Below, one piece after another: positions 23,304 to 32,620 of a stretch of 64,000 nucleotides of DNA. The stretch spans positions 1 through 64,000 of the forward strand of contig JANOQI010000035.1 in NCBI GenBank assembly GCA_031414775.1, written 5' to 3'. How positions within the stretch are numbered: position 1 is the first letter of the stretch; every line of letters starts with the position of its first letter. The stretch comes from Synechococcales cyanobacterium VAR_4_metabat_354 (GTDB lineage: Bacteria; Cyanobacteriota; Cyanobacteriia; Cyanobacteriales; Chamaesiphonaceae). A model generated the notes under the pieces. It did no database searches. It was not told the DNA's origin and saw only the letters and a list, made by a program, of their open reading frames with translations. The translations under genes were made by a program, and so were the position numbers.

Positions 23304-23465
23304 GCAGCAGGAGTAAGTAATGAATAAGAATCTACTCCTAATTTTAGTCGTTTTAGGCAGGGGAAGTATCTCACGCACAGACCAAGAAAAATTCACCATA
23401 GTTAGCCCCTCGGTCTGTGCTATAAATAGCAATGATTTATTCCCCGCCATTCGGCGATCGAGGTC

Positions 23466-24518
23466 ATGGGCGAGCGCATATTAGTCGGAATTGTGGGAGC
23501 TTCTGGTTACGGTGGTATCCAGCTGATCCGTCTCTTGCAAGCACATCCCAGAGTAGACATCACTTACCTGGGTGGTGATAGTAGTGCTGGCAAAAAAATT
23601 GCCGATCTGTATCCTCACCTTGGTCACTGTGTTGATATGTCGATCGAACCGATCGATCCAGCGCTCATCGCTAGTAAAGCGCAGGTGGTCTTTTTATCTT
23701 TACCCAACGGCATTGCCTGTGATCTAGCACCTCAATTATTAGCTTTGGGCTGTCAGGTGCTAGATTTGTCTGCCGATTATCGTTTTAGTAACTTAGATAC
23801 CTATACCTACTGGTATAAAACAGCCCGCCAAGATCAAGAAGTAGCGGCTACGGCAGTATATGGACTCCCGGAAATCTATCGCTCCAAGCTAAAGGGTGCT
23901 CAATTGGTAGGCTGCCCAGGTTGCTATCCAACAGCCAGTTTATTGGCGCTCTATCCCCTGGTCAAAAATGGCTTGATCCAAGAACAGAGCATTATTATCG
24001 ATGCCAAGTCCGGGACTTCTGGTGGTGGTCGGCAAGCCAAAACCCATTTATTACTGTCTGAAGCCGACAATTCGATTGCCGCCTATAGTGTGGCTGGTCA
24101 TCGGCATACCCCCGAGATTGAAAGAATCTGTGGTGAGGTGGCTGGGCACGATATACAGGTACAATTCACGCCGCACTTAGTACCGATGGTGCGGGGCATT
24201 TTGGCCACAGTCTATGCCAATCTGCGCGACCCCCGGCTAGTGGCTGAAGACATGATGACTATCTATCAATCGGCCTACCGCGCCGCCCCCTGGGTGAAAA
24301 TTTTACCCAGTGGCACCTACCCCCAGACCAAGTGGGCATTGGGGACTAACCTTTGTTATGTTTCAATCGAGGTGGATTCTCGCACCGGACGGGTCATTGT
24401 GATGTCGGCGATCGACAATTTGCTCAAGGGGCAGGCTGGTCAGGCGGTGCAGTGTTTGAATCTGATGATGGATTGGGACGAAACTCTCGGATTACCCAAT
24501 CTGGCCTTTTATCCTTAA
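23466..24518 (+). CDS. argC: N-acetyl-gamma-glutamyl-phosphate reductase
   Basis: [45 protein letters not shown]. Confidence 0.97.
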   Translation: MGERILVGIVGASGYGGIQLIRLLQAHPRVDITYLGGDSSAGKKIADLYPHLGHCVDMSIEPIDPALIASKAQVVFLSLPNGIACDLAPQLLALGCQVLDLSADYRFSNLDTYTYWYKTARQDQEVAATAVYGLPEIYRSKLKGAQLVGCPGCYPTASLLALYPLVKNGLIQEQSIIIDAKSGTSGGGRQAKTHLLLSEADNSIAAYSVAGHRHTPEIERICGEVAGHDIQVQFTPHLVPMVRGILATVYANLRDPRLVAEDMMTIYQSAYRAAPWVKILPSGTYPQTKWALGTNLCYVSIEVDSRTGRVIVMSAIDNLLKGQAGQAVQCLNLMMDWDETLGLPNLAFYP

Positions 24519-25687
24519 AGCAGACCTCGTACTGCCGTAAGTAATCGATCGACCTCAGCTTCGCTGGTAAAGTAATGCACTCCTGCTCGTAAAGAGCTTG
24601 GCTCGACGATCGATCGAACAAAAATACTCTGGTTTTCTAGCAACTGCACTGCCTGATCTGGATCAACACCAGCCAGCTGAAAGGCCACGAGTCCCGACTG
24701 CGGTGGCGCTGTCAGCAAACAAGTTACCCCCTCGATCGTTTGTAGACCATGCCATAAGTAGGCAGCCAGTTTTATAATTTGTTGATACCGAGTGGCAGGG
24801 CTTCCCCAATTATTGTGTAACTCTAAGGCGGCGGTCAAACCGGCGTAGAGGGGATAGGCCGAAGTTGCCACCTCGTACTGACGACCATCAGTCAACAAGC
24901 CCCCACCTGTAGCAGCTTCATAACTCAGACTGCGCCAACCAATAAAAGTCGGTCGCAAACTTTCCCTAGCCGCTGGACTAACATACAAACCACCAACGCC
25001 TTCCGGTCCACCACACCATTTGTGACCAGTAAAAGCATAAAAATCGACGCCAACTAGTTCTGTCAAATTCAGCGGCAACATGCCCACCGACTGGGCTGCG
25101 TCCACCAACAGCCGAATTTCCTGAGCAGCGTGATAAGCCTTCACTGCCGTCCCAATCGCTGCTAAGGGCAAGATTTGGCCAGTGTTCCACAGCACATGGC
25201 TAAGCACTACGAGTTTGGTGGAAGGCCGCAAATGGGTGGTGATCAGCTCCACTGCATCCTCACCTTGCAAAGTCTTTAGTAGCGGCACCACACTACTAGT
25301 TACTCGATAACGTTGTTTAATTTCTTCGATCGCCGCCACGATTCCTGGATGCTCACAGTCCGTCAGTAAAATATGGTCACCGGGCTGCCAGTCCAGACCC
25401 CACAAAGCAACGTTACAACCCACCGTCACATCTTCAGTGAGGGTAATCGTACTAGCCTCGACTCCCAGTTCTTGAGCGATCGATTGCCGAGTCTGCTGAG
25501 CAATTTGTGATACCCAAGCATTGGTCTTCAATCCAAAGGGACCGTGCTGTTGGACATACTCGAAAGCTTCATTAATGGCGGCTATGGTTTTTTGAGCCAA
25601 TACCCCTTGGCCACCATAGTTAAAATAGGCTTTATTTGCTAAAGCAGGAAAGGAGTCGCGATGAGTAACAATATTAGATTGAGACAT
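24515..25687 (-). CDS. Class V PLP-dependent aminotransferase (cystine C-S lyase C-DES-like)
   Basis: [36 protein letters not shown] lysine. Confidence 0.88.
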   Translation of the reverse strand: MSQSNIVTHRDSFPALANKAYFNYGGQGVLAQKTIAAINEAFEYVQQHGPFGLKTNAWVSQIAQQTRQSIAQELGVEASTITLTEDVTVGCNVALWGLDWQPGDHILLTDCEHPGIVAAIEEIKQRYRVTSSVVPLLKTLQGEDAVELITTHLRPSTKLVVLSHVLWNTGQILPLAAIGTAVKAYHAAQEIRLLVDAAQSVGMLPLNLTELVGVDFYAFTGHKWCGGPEGVGGLYVSPAARESLRPTFIGWRSLSYEAATGGGLLTDGRQYEVATSAYPLYAGLTAALELHNNWGSPATRYQQIIKLAAYLWHGLQTIEGVTCLLTAPPQSGLVAFQLAGVDPDQAVQLLENQSIFVRSIVEPSSLRAGVHYFTSEAEVDRLLTAVRGLL

Positions 25688-26111
25688 AACAGAGAATGCA
25701 TCCTAGAAACTAATGTAGTGCCTAAAGACTACTCTGTAATAAATAGCAGAGAATAGACCTTTACAACAAGTGAAAAGCTACGCAATTAATAAATTAGTTT
25801 AATTCAACCAAAATATATATCTCACTTTTTCTTACTGACAACTTAATTGAAATCCAGTATTAATTATATCAGTAGGGTGAAAACCATACTTTTGGAGCAA
25901 ATTTAGGATGCACTCCTAGCAATAGAAGTAGCTGTCTTTGACAGGCTTTACGCTAACTAACTTAGAGGGATTTGAGTGGACAGCGTAACTATTGCATCAG
26001 AGTGGTGTCCTATTTTTTTGTCTAAAATTCACTGCTGGGTATTAATTTTCTCCCGACCAGATTTGCTGGATGATTTACTGGGGAGTAGGATTAAAATATA
26101 TCTGAATAAGG

Positions 26112-26453
26112 ATGGGCAAAACCATGACCAAGCCGATCGCCTCTATTACCTTACCCCCAGTTACTGATATCCAAGTAGAAAGCTCTTGGCTCAACCACAA
26201 GCTCTGCCAATGGCTAGATCAAGAATTTATTCCCGAAGCGATTAATATTAAAATTGCCGAACGCTGTGCCCAGATTTTTGTACGGCAACGGTTAGAGGGG
26301 GAAACCGATCTGGGTGAATTGGTGATGGCTATTATTTTAGAAATGCAAGCTTTTAATTTTACGGAAAGCTTCTATAGCGAGTTTGCGATCGCTAATGCCG
26401 TCAGCGATTTGATTTTAGAGAGCTTGGGTTTTGAAAGCTGTTGTGGCTACTAG
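26112..26453 (+). CDS. Conserved cyanobacterial hypothetical protein
   Basis: WLDQEFIPE...IFVRQRLEGE...ESFYSEFAIANAVSDL...CCG pattern. Confidence 0.75.
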   Translation: MGKTMTKPIASITLPPVTDIQVESSWLNHKLCQWLDQEFIPEAINIKIAERCAQIFVRQRLEGETDLGELVMAIILEMQAFNFTESFYSEFAIANAVSDLILESLGFESCCGY

Positions 26454-26483
26454 TAAATGCCGAGGTACAGAAAATTGATCGTA

Positions 26484-26696
26484 TTATCGTGATTTCGATT
26501 TCCCATTGATCGCAATTTTAAGTAACATTGCTCCCAGCCAAACTAACATCCCTCCTGAATCAATCCCAACGCCAATAAGTCCGGGTCTCACCCGCATGGG
26601 GCTACCTGTGTTCATCACTTCCACAAACGACCAAATTAGTGAGAAAGTGATGATTGCCCCGATTGCCATACCAATAAAAATGGGTTGATCCTTCAT
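26484..26696 (-). CDS. Small hypothetical membrane protein (2 TM)
   Basis: 70-aa ORF with two hydrophobic stretches, co-oriented downstream of ycf35-like gene. Confidence 0.45.
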   Translation of the reverse strand: MKDQPIFIGMAIGAIITFSLIWSFVEVMNTGSPMRVRPGLIGVGIDSGGMLVWLGAMLLKIAINGKSKSR

Positions 26697-26731
26697 ACAT
26701 AAGGATCAACCCATTTGATGAAAACTAAGCA

Positions 26732-27085
26732 CTATTTTTGTAAAACCACCGAGACGTTAGCATTGTTCAAACCACGCTGTTTGACTTCAGTAAGAGTCTT
26801 ATTGATGGCGTATTTTTGGTTGATTGAGTTGATCAACTCAGTTTGGTTATGCTTTTTAGCAACACCCCAAAGGTCAGCAATTAGATCAAAAGAGCCATCA
26901 GCGTTCCGAGACCAGCCGAGATCATAGTCGCCTTCTAGAACAGCAACAATGTCAGCTCGGATTTTTTGGCCTTGATAGCCGCGTAAGTCGGCTTCGGTTT
27001 TGACGGTAATCCCTAAGTCGCGCAGAGAGCCAGTAAGAACTGCGGCATCGGAAATTTTAGTACGGAGAGTGCTGAAGTGAGACAT
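26732..27085 (-). CDS. ycf35: Ycf35/DUF1257 family protein (Slr0376-like)
   Basis: MSHFSTLRTK, DLGWSRN, ADLWG, INQKYA; GGAGG RBS at 27099-27095. Confidence 0.88.
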   Translation of the reverse strand: MSHFSTLRTKISDAAVLTGSLRDLGITVKTEADLRGYQGQKIRADIVAVLEGDYDLGWSRNADGSFDLIADLWGVAKKHNQTELINSINQKYAINKTLTEVKQRGLNNANVSVVLQK

Positions 27086-27244
27086 AGTCAATTTCCTCCA
27101 AGGAAAAGTGAAAATACAATTTACTTGAGCCTGTGCCACCCGACATAATGATTGCCTTGGAAAGTGGCGACCTTAAATGAAACTAGCTACCGGCAATAGT
27201 CACCATGAGCTAGTCTTTCTCCCTACAATTGCAGGGAAAACCTG

Positions 27245-28753
27245 TTAGAACTCCATGCGCTGATATTCAGCGACCGAAGCAGCAGCGGGACGGGCGCGCT
27301 GCCTTGCCCAATCGCGCAGAGCAGCAACCTGCTCATGCATCGTTCGCGAAAGAGGCAGAGTACATTTGATAGCTGAGATGATGTCTAGTTGCGAAAATTC
27401 TCGGTTCTGGGCAAAGGCATCATACATGGCTGCTATCAAAGCTTGTTCAATTTCCGCACCAGAGAAGCCCTCGGCTACCTTGGCCAGTTCTTCACAGTCG
27501 AAGCGTTCAACATCGCGCTGCCGCTTGCGGATATGAATTCTAAACACCGCTTCTCGCTCTGCTTGCGTCGGTAAATCGACGAAGAAGATTTCATCGAAAC
27601 GACCTTTGCGTAGGAACTCACTGGGTAGTCTTTCCACCCGGTTGGCAGTGGCCATCACAAACACTGGCGAGCTTTTCTCTTGCATCCAGGTGAGGAAGGA
27701 ACCAAAGATGCGGCTAGAAGTGCCAGCATCGGAATCCGCCGAGCCACCAGCCCCAGAGAAGGCCTTCTCTAACTCATCAATGAGCAAGACGCAAGGTGAT
27801 ATCGACTCCGCAGTCTTAATCGCAGCCCGAAGATTGGCTTCTGATCGACCGACGGTGGAACCATCATAAATCCGACCCATATCCAGTCGCAGTAGGGGCA
27901 ATCCCCACATTTCGGCAGTGGTTTTGGCGATCAAAGATTTTCCACAACCGGGCACGCCCAGAATGAGCATCCCTTTTGGTTGAGGCAGACCATATTCTCT
28001 GGCTCGTTCGCTGAAAGCATCCGAGCGCTGAGTCAGCCAACGTTTTAGTTCACCCAAGCCGCCCACTTCATCCATGGTTTCATCATTAGCAATGAATTCT
28101 AGGATGCCGTTACGACGAATGAGCTGTTTCTTTTCAGCCAGCACAATGTCTACTTCTTCACCAGTTAATCGATCGCGCTGGATATAAGCTTTACGGAAAA
28201 CCTTCTCAGCTTCATCCTTGGTCAGCCCTAAAGCTGCTGTCAGAATCCGCTCCCGGTCTTCGTCGCTCATGCCCCGCTGGCTGGTGTGCTCTAGCTGGTG
28301 AGAGAGAACTTCACCTAATTCTTTGCGAGTGGGTAGATCGAAGTCCACCACTACAATCTCGGTTTCCAGTTCGATCGGGATTTGCTGTACTGGCGACATC
28401 AAAATGATCGTCTTGTAGGTGCCTTTAAAGCCAGACACTGCATCGCGCAACCATCTAGTAACGTCTGCCGAATCTTTGAAAGGATGCAAATCCTTAAAGA
28501 TATACACTCCCGGATCTTTTTGGCGCATTGTCCATTCGATCGCCATCTGCGGCGAGGCCGTCCCATGCTGAACCGCTTTGGTTTGGCCAAACTCCACCAT
28601 GCCCTGCGTCAGCGTCCAGACATAGACCTTGCGGCTGCTGGTTGGTTGATGAGCCAGTGATAGAATCTCTCGCTCAGCTCGCTCTTCCTCGGAGGTCACG
28701 AGGTAGATCAGAGGATATTGCGCTTGAATTAGAGTACGGAGCTCTTCTTTCAT
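27245..28753 (-). CDS. ycf46: Ycf46-family AAA+ ATPase (Slr0374-like)
   Basis: YPLIYLVTSEEER, GVPGCGKS Walker A, LLIDELEK Walker B, LRKGRFDEIFFVDLP. Confidence 0.9.
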   Translation of the reverse strand: MKEELRTLIQAQYPLIYLVTSEEERAEREILSLAHQPTSSRKVYVWTLTQGMVEFGQTKAVQHGTASPQMAIEWTMRQKDPGVYIFKDLHPFKDSADVTRWLRDAVSGFKGTYKTIILMSPVQQIPIELETEIVVVDFDLPTRKELGEVLSHQLEHTSQRGMSDEDRERILTAALGLTKDEAEKVFRKAYIQRDRLTGEEVDIVLAEKKQLIRRNGILEFIANDETMDEVGGLGELKRWLTQRSDAFSERAREYGLPQPKGMLILGVPGCGKSLIAKTTAEMWGLPLLRLDMGRIYDGSTVGRSEANLRAAIKTAESISPCVLLIDELEKAFSGAGGSADSDAGTSSRIFGSFLTWMQEKSSPVFVMATANRVERLPSEFLRKGRFDEIFFVDLPTQAEREAVFRIHIRKRQRDVERFDCEELAKVAEGFSGAEIEQALIAAMYDAFAQNREFSQLDIISAIKCTLPLSRTMHEQVAALRDWARQRARPAAASVAEYQRMEF

Positions 28754-28814
28754 GACTTTCCTACCTATCTAGAACGGCTGTGGCAAATGACTTGAATGTG
28801 AAAAAATGGACAAG

Positions 28815-29138
28815 CTAACTAATTAGCACTGAGTCTCTGGGGATGGATGAATCACCAACCATTAGTTCATCAGCAAGAATTCCGGGCTGCTCAACCATAG
28901 AGACCAATTCACCATTTCTGATGACGGCTGGATGACTACATTCTGGACAGCTATATACCTGATGGTTTCCACATTGCCGGTTAGTAACTAGGTCTATCAG
29001 CTCAGGGTACTGAAGGTAGATTTCTAGGGCTTTTTCCGTAATGGTGGACATCGGCTCCAAAGCTACTGCAGCTTTAATCTTAAGCTGTCGATATAATTTT
29101 GGGGACAGGTACAAAGTGACCTTTTGCTTATCTTCCAT
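28815..29138 (-). CDS. Slr0373-like protein: N-terminal ribbon-helix-helix-like segment plus CPEC Zn-ribbon-like motif
   Basis: KQKVTLYLS..LYRQLKIKAA..EPMS; HQVYSCPEC; first gene of the ycf46-ycf35 cluster. Confidence 0.8.
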   Translation of the reverse strand: MEDKQKVTLYLSPKLYRQLKIKAAVALEPMSTITEKALEIYLQYPELIDLVTNRQCGNHQVYSCPECSHPAVIRNGELVSMVEQPGILADELMVGDSSIPRDSVLIS

Positions 29139-29169
29139 GACTGCTTGACTTCCCGGGTTGCTTGTTTTC

Positions 29170-29220
29170 AATCTAACGATATTTTCTCAAGCCGTCAAGC
29201 AATTATGCAGCTATGACGGC
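29170..29220 (-). promoter_or_regulatory. Putative promoter (TTGACG-17-TAGATT) overlapped by palindrome GCCGTCA-N16-TGACGGC
   Basis: Minus strand -35 TTGACG at 29198-29193, -10 TAGATT at 29175-29170; inverted repeat arms at 29191-29197 and 29214-29220. Confidence 0.55.
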
Positions 29221-29400
29221 AAAGTTGTAACTTATCTTAATATTTACTGATTACGGTACTGCCTTTCTACAACTACAGCCGTTTACCGGCAATCGACAAG
29301 CCCTGAATATAACCTGTGATACTTCAGAACAATATAGCTAACAACTTTGTTCAAACTGCCTTGCTAAAATAGGCCATACTCGCTGTTCGATCGTATCTTT

Positions 29401-29874
29401 ATGACTTCTCTGGCTGTTCAACCCCCTCAATCTGCTGCTAATTATTTTCGGATTTGTCTAGCGCCGATCGTGATGGAAGATGTTTACCAGCTAGCAGATG
29501 ATGGTGCTAATGGGGCAATTGTGTTGATGAGTGGGATGGTTCGCAACCAAACCGATGGTCAGCCAGTAGAATACCTAGAGTATCAAGCTTATGAACCGAT
29601 GGCGTTGAAGATATTTGAGCAAATTGCCGCTGAGATTAAAGCTCAGTGGCCAATTGTCACCCATCTCGTAATTCACCATCGCATCGGCAAGTTGGCGGTG
29701 GGAGAAATTAGCGTATTGTTGGCCGTGGGAGCGCCCCATCGCGGCGAAGCTTTTGCTGCTTGTCAGTATGCGATCGATACCCTCAAGCACAATGCCCCCA
29801 TCTGGAAAAAAGAACATTGGGCAGATGGAGCCAGCAGCTGGGTCAGTATTGGAGCCTGTGAAGTAAATTGCTAG
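29401..29874 (+). CDS. moaE: Molybdopterin synthase catalytic subunit
   Basis: GAIVLMSGMVRN, LEYQAYEPMA, HRIG, HRGEAF, APIWKKEH. Confidence 0.95.
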   Translation: MTSLAVQPPQSAANYFRICLAPIVMEDVYQLADDGANGAIVLMSGMVRNQTDGQPVEYLEYQAYEPMALKIFEQIAAEIKAQWPIVTHLVIHHRIGKLAVGEISVLLAVGAPHRGEAFAACQYAIDTLKHNAPIWKKEHWADGASSWVSIGACEVNC

Positions 29875-29976
29875 TGGCTATTACTATTCTATTAGCCAAA
29901 TAGCTGATTATGGGATAGTAAGAAAATAAATCTAGCAGTTTCACGTTAATCTGAAAGTAGTGATGGAGAGAAGCGC

Positions 29977-31311
29977 ATGCTAACTCGGCTCAAAATATCT
30001 GGTTTCAAAAATTTAGTGGATGTGGACGTTCATTTTGGACCTTTTACCTGTGTGGCCGGAGCTAATGGCACAGGCAAATCTAACTTATTCGACGCTATCC
30101 GGTTTTTAAGTGCCCTAGCTGACCAACCTTTGCATGAAGCATCCTTAGCGTTACGGGTAGCTGGTAGCGACATTCGGAGCCTATTCCATCGAGTGGGCGA
30201 CAGTTATGTAGACAAAATATTCTTTGAAGTAGAGATGATGGTGCCCTCCGAGACAATCGATGATCTGGGGCAAAAAATAACACCAACTTCAACAGCTTTA
30301 CGCTATTCCTTGACCTTGCAGTATCGCCCCGATGGCCGCCTAGAAGTTAGCCACGAACAGCTAGATAGTCTGGAAGAAATGATGCCCTTTTTTGTGGCTA
30401 AAAATCGGTTGTCGGCTCTCCAAACCCTCGAAATCAACCAAGATGGCCAGCATGGCCAAAATTGCAAAGTTAATATCCGTGAATCAGCCCAAACTTGCAT
30501 CTCTCGGATTAATGATGCGGTGCGTTATCCCACCATTTTTATTGCCCGGCAAGAAATGCGCTCTTGGCAAATGTTACAGCTCGACCCCGCAACCCTGCGC
30601 CAAGCAGACGACCGGTATACCACGCCCTTTCTTCAGGCCAACACTTTTCACTTAACGGCCACCCTTTATGCCCTAGCCCATTTTCATAAACCAGGCGCTA
30701 GACCAGATCCAGCCAATATCTATGCTCAGATTACCGACAGGTTAGCTCAACTGATGCCGGAGCTGCAAAGCATCTCAGTGGATTATGACCAAAAGCACGC
30801 CAGACTGACTCTCCAGGTGGCTGATATTCATGGTGTTGTTTGTCCTGCTCACGAATTGTCTGACAACACCCTGCGATTGTTGTCATTAGCCGTACTGGGA
30901 TTGATGCCCCATCATGGTTTGATTTGTTGGGAGTCACCAGAACATGGGATGCATCCCACCAGTATTTCCCACATCTTGCAGTTCCTGCGACAGATGGCGA
31001 TCGATCCCGAGCAACCCATCACAACTGATAATCCCTTGCGTCAAATCATCATCAGCACCAATTCATCGTTGGTAGTGCAGCAAATACCAGCAGATAGTTT
31101 AGTAATATCCGAGTTAAAAGATACTCAACGCGATTATCAATACTTTCAACGAGCTAGTTTTACTTATCTGCCGCATACTTGGCGACATGTCTCTGACCGG
31201 AATCCCGATAAAAATGTTGTTGCCCCAGAGTCACTACTGGACTATCTCAATCCGGTGCTCAGCCATTCCCATTCAGCTGTTGATCATGCGCCTGTCCGGG
31301 TAATTGATTGA
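29977..31311 (+). CDS. AAA_21/AAA_15-type ABC ATPase with degenerate catalytic motifs
   Basis: MLTRLKISGFKNL, GANGTGKSN Walker A; signature LSDNTLR, Walker B CWESPEHGMHP, H-loop STNS. Confidence 0.8.
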   Translation: MLTRLKISGFKNLVDVDVHFGPFTCVAGANGTGKSNLFDAIRFLSALADQPLHEASLALRVAGSDIRSLFHRVGDSYVDKIFFEVEMMVPSETIDDLGQKITPTSTALRYSLTLQYRPDGRLEVSHEQLDSLEEMMPFFVAKNRLSALQTLEINQDGQHGQNCKVNIRESAQTCISRINDAVRYPTIFIARQEMRSWQMLQLDPATLRQADDRYTTPFLQANTFHLTATLYALAHFHKPGARPDPANIYAQITDRLAQLMPELQSISVDYDQKHARLTLQVADIHGVVCPAHELSDNTLRLLSLAVLGLMPHHGLICWESPEHGMHPTSISHILQFLRQMAIDPEQPITTDNPLRQIIISTNSSLVVQQIPADSLVISELKDTQRDYQYFQRASFTYLPHTWRHVSDRNPDKNVVAPESLLDYLNPVLSHSHSAVDHAPVRVID

Positions 31312-31386
31312 CCAGGCTTGCGACCGCATATTCCTGGCGTTGTATAGTAGCTATGACATAGCCACCGCTCATTTTACGACTCGCCC

Positions 31387-32352
31387 ATGAAACTTGCCTT
31401 CATCATCGACCCGATCGCCAAACTCGATCCGACTCACGATAGCAGTGTGGCCATGATGGAGGCCGCTCATCAGCTGGGGCATCAGGTCTATATCACCACC
31501 GCCGAGCAACTGAGTGTGATTGATGGGCAAGCAGCAGCTCACCTGCAACCAGTCAAGATTCATCCGGTAAAACTGGATGGAGATCGCTGGATTGCCCCCA
31601 GCCCTTGGTATGAAATTGGCCAGTCTGAATTCATGAACTTAAACAACATGAATGCGGTCTTTATGCGTACCGACCCACCAGTTGATGTGCCCTATCTCTA
31701 TACCACTTTTATTCTGGACTATATTGACCAAACTAAAACCCTATTAGTCAACCATCCCAACGGTTTGCGAGCTGCTAACGAAAAAATGTTTGCGATGCAG
31801 TTTGCCGAGTGGATGACCGATACGATCGTCTCGCGCAGCAAAGATGTCATTCGGGAATTTGTAGAAAAGCACCAAGCGGCGGTGATGAAGCCCTTGGGTG
31901 GTAAAGCAGGGGAAGGGATTTTATTTTTGCAACCAGACGATCGAAACTTCAATTCCTTAGTGGAAATCAGCACTCAGTGGGGCAAGTACCCGATGATGAT
32001 CCAAAAGTTCTTGCCCGCTGCTAAAGATGGCGACAAGCGGATCATTGTGCTGGATGGTCAGCCGCTCGGGGCAATCAATCGCATTCCTACGGGCAAAGAA
32101 TTTCGGGGGAATATGGCGGTTGGCGGGCGGGTAGCCAAGGCCGAAATTACTGATCACGAACTAAAAATGTGCGCAGCTCTAGCACCGAAACTGAAAGAAT
32201 ATGGTTTGTATTTTGTAGGAATTGATGTGATTGGTGGCTACCTGACCGAGGTCAATGTCACCAGCCCTACTGGGATTCGGGAGATCGATCGACTGAATAA
32301 CACCTCGGTAGGTGCCACGGTGATGGGTTGGCTAGCTGCAAAGATCGGTTAG
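31387..32352 (+). CDS. gshB: Glutathione synthetase
   Basis: FIIDP...HDSS, FMRTDPP, ANEK, KPLGGKAGEG, GDKRII, FRGNMAVGG, EVNVTSPTG. Confidence 0.97.
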   Translation: MKLAFIIDPIAKLDPTHDSSVAMMEAAHQLGHQVYITTAEQLSVIDGQAAAHLQPVKIHPVKLDGDRWIAPSPWYEIGQSEFMNLNNMNAVFMRTDPPVDVPYLYTTFILDYIDQTKTLLVNHPNGLRAANEKMFAMQFAEWMTDTIVSRSKDVIREFVEKHQAAVMKPLGGKAGEGILFLQPDDRNFNSLVEISTQWGKYPMMIQKFLPAAKDGDKRIIVLDGQPLGAINRIPTGKEFRGNMAVGGRVAKAEITDHELKMCAALAPKLKEYGLYFVGIDVIGGYLTEVNVTSPTGIREIDRLNNTSVGATVMGWLAAKIG

Positions 32353-32386
32353 GCAAGCTATGATAGTGTTGAAATTATCGGCGCGA

Positions 32387-32509
32387 ATGTCTAAAAAATA
32401 TGCGCTGCGATCCATGAAACCTCATCAATCTCTAATCATCATTCACAGTTTTCTCACATCAGCCTGCTGCGCGTTGCAGGCTAACTGGTGGCGATTTAGC
32501 AGCTATTAA
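32387..32509 (+). CDS. Putative Trp/aromatic-rich leader peptide upstream of DAHP synthase
   Basis: Manual translation MSKKYALRS-MKPHQSLIIIHSFLTSACCALQANWWRFSSY* (alternative ATG 32414; TAA 32507-32509); TATGAT -10-like box at 32359-32364. Confidence 0.55.
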   Translation: MSKKYALRSMKPHQSLIIIHSFLTSACCALQANWWRFSSY

Positions 32510-32620
32510 ACTTTACTCAGTTTCTAATCACGATCAAGCGCTCAGCTCTGCCAGTATTCCAGGTTTTTTAACCTGTTGAAAGTTTTAAATAATTATTACT
32601 ATTACCACCAACCATTTCCT

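Noticed and set aside
25697..25912. 9-bp inverted repeat TGCATCCTA/TAGGATGCA flanking an AT-rich 216-bp stretch (possible MITE)
   Set aside because: Repeat is short, no target-site duplication seen and no second copy in the window; compatible with an ordinary divergent promoter region
25976..26167. 63-aa ORF overlapping the start of the 26112 gene
   Set aside because: No motifs, overlaps a conserved gene in another frame
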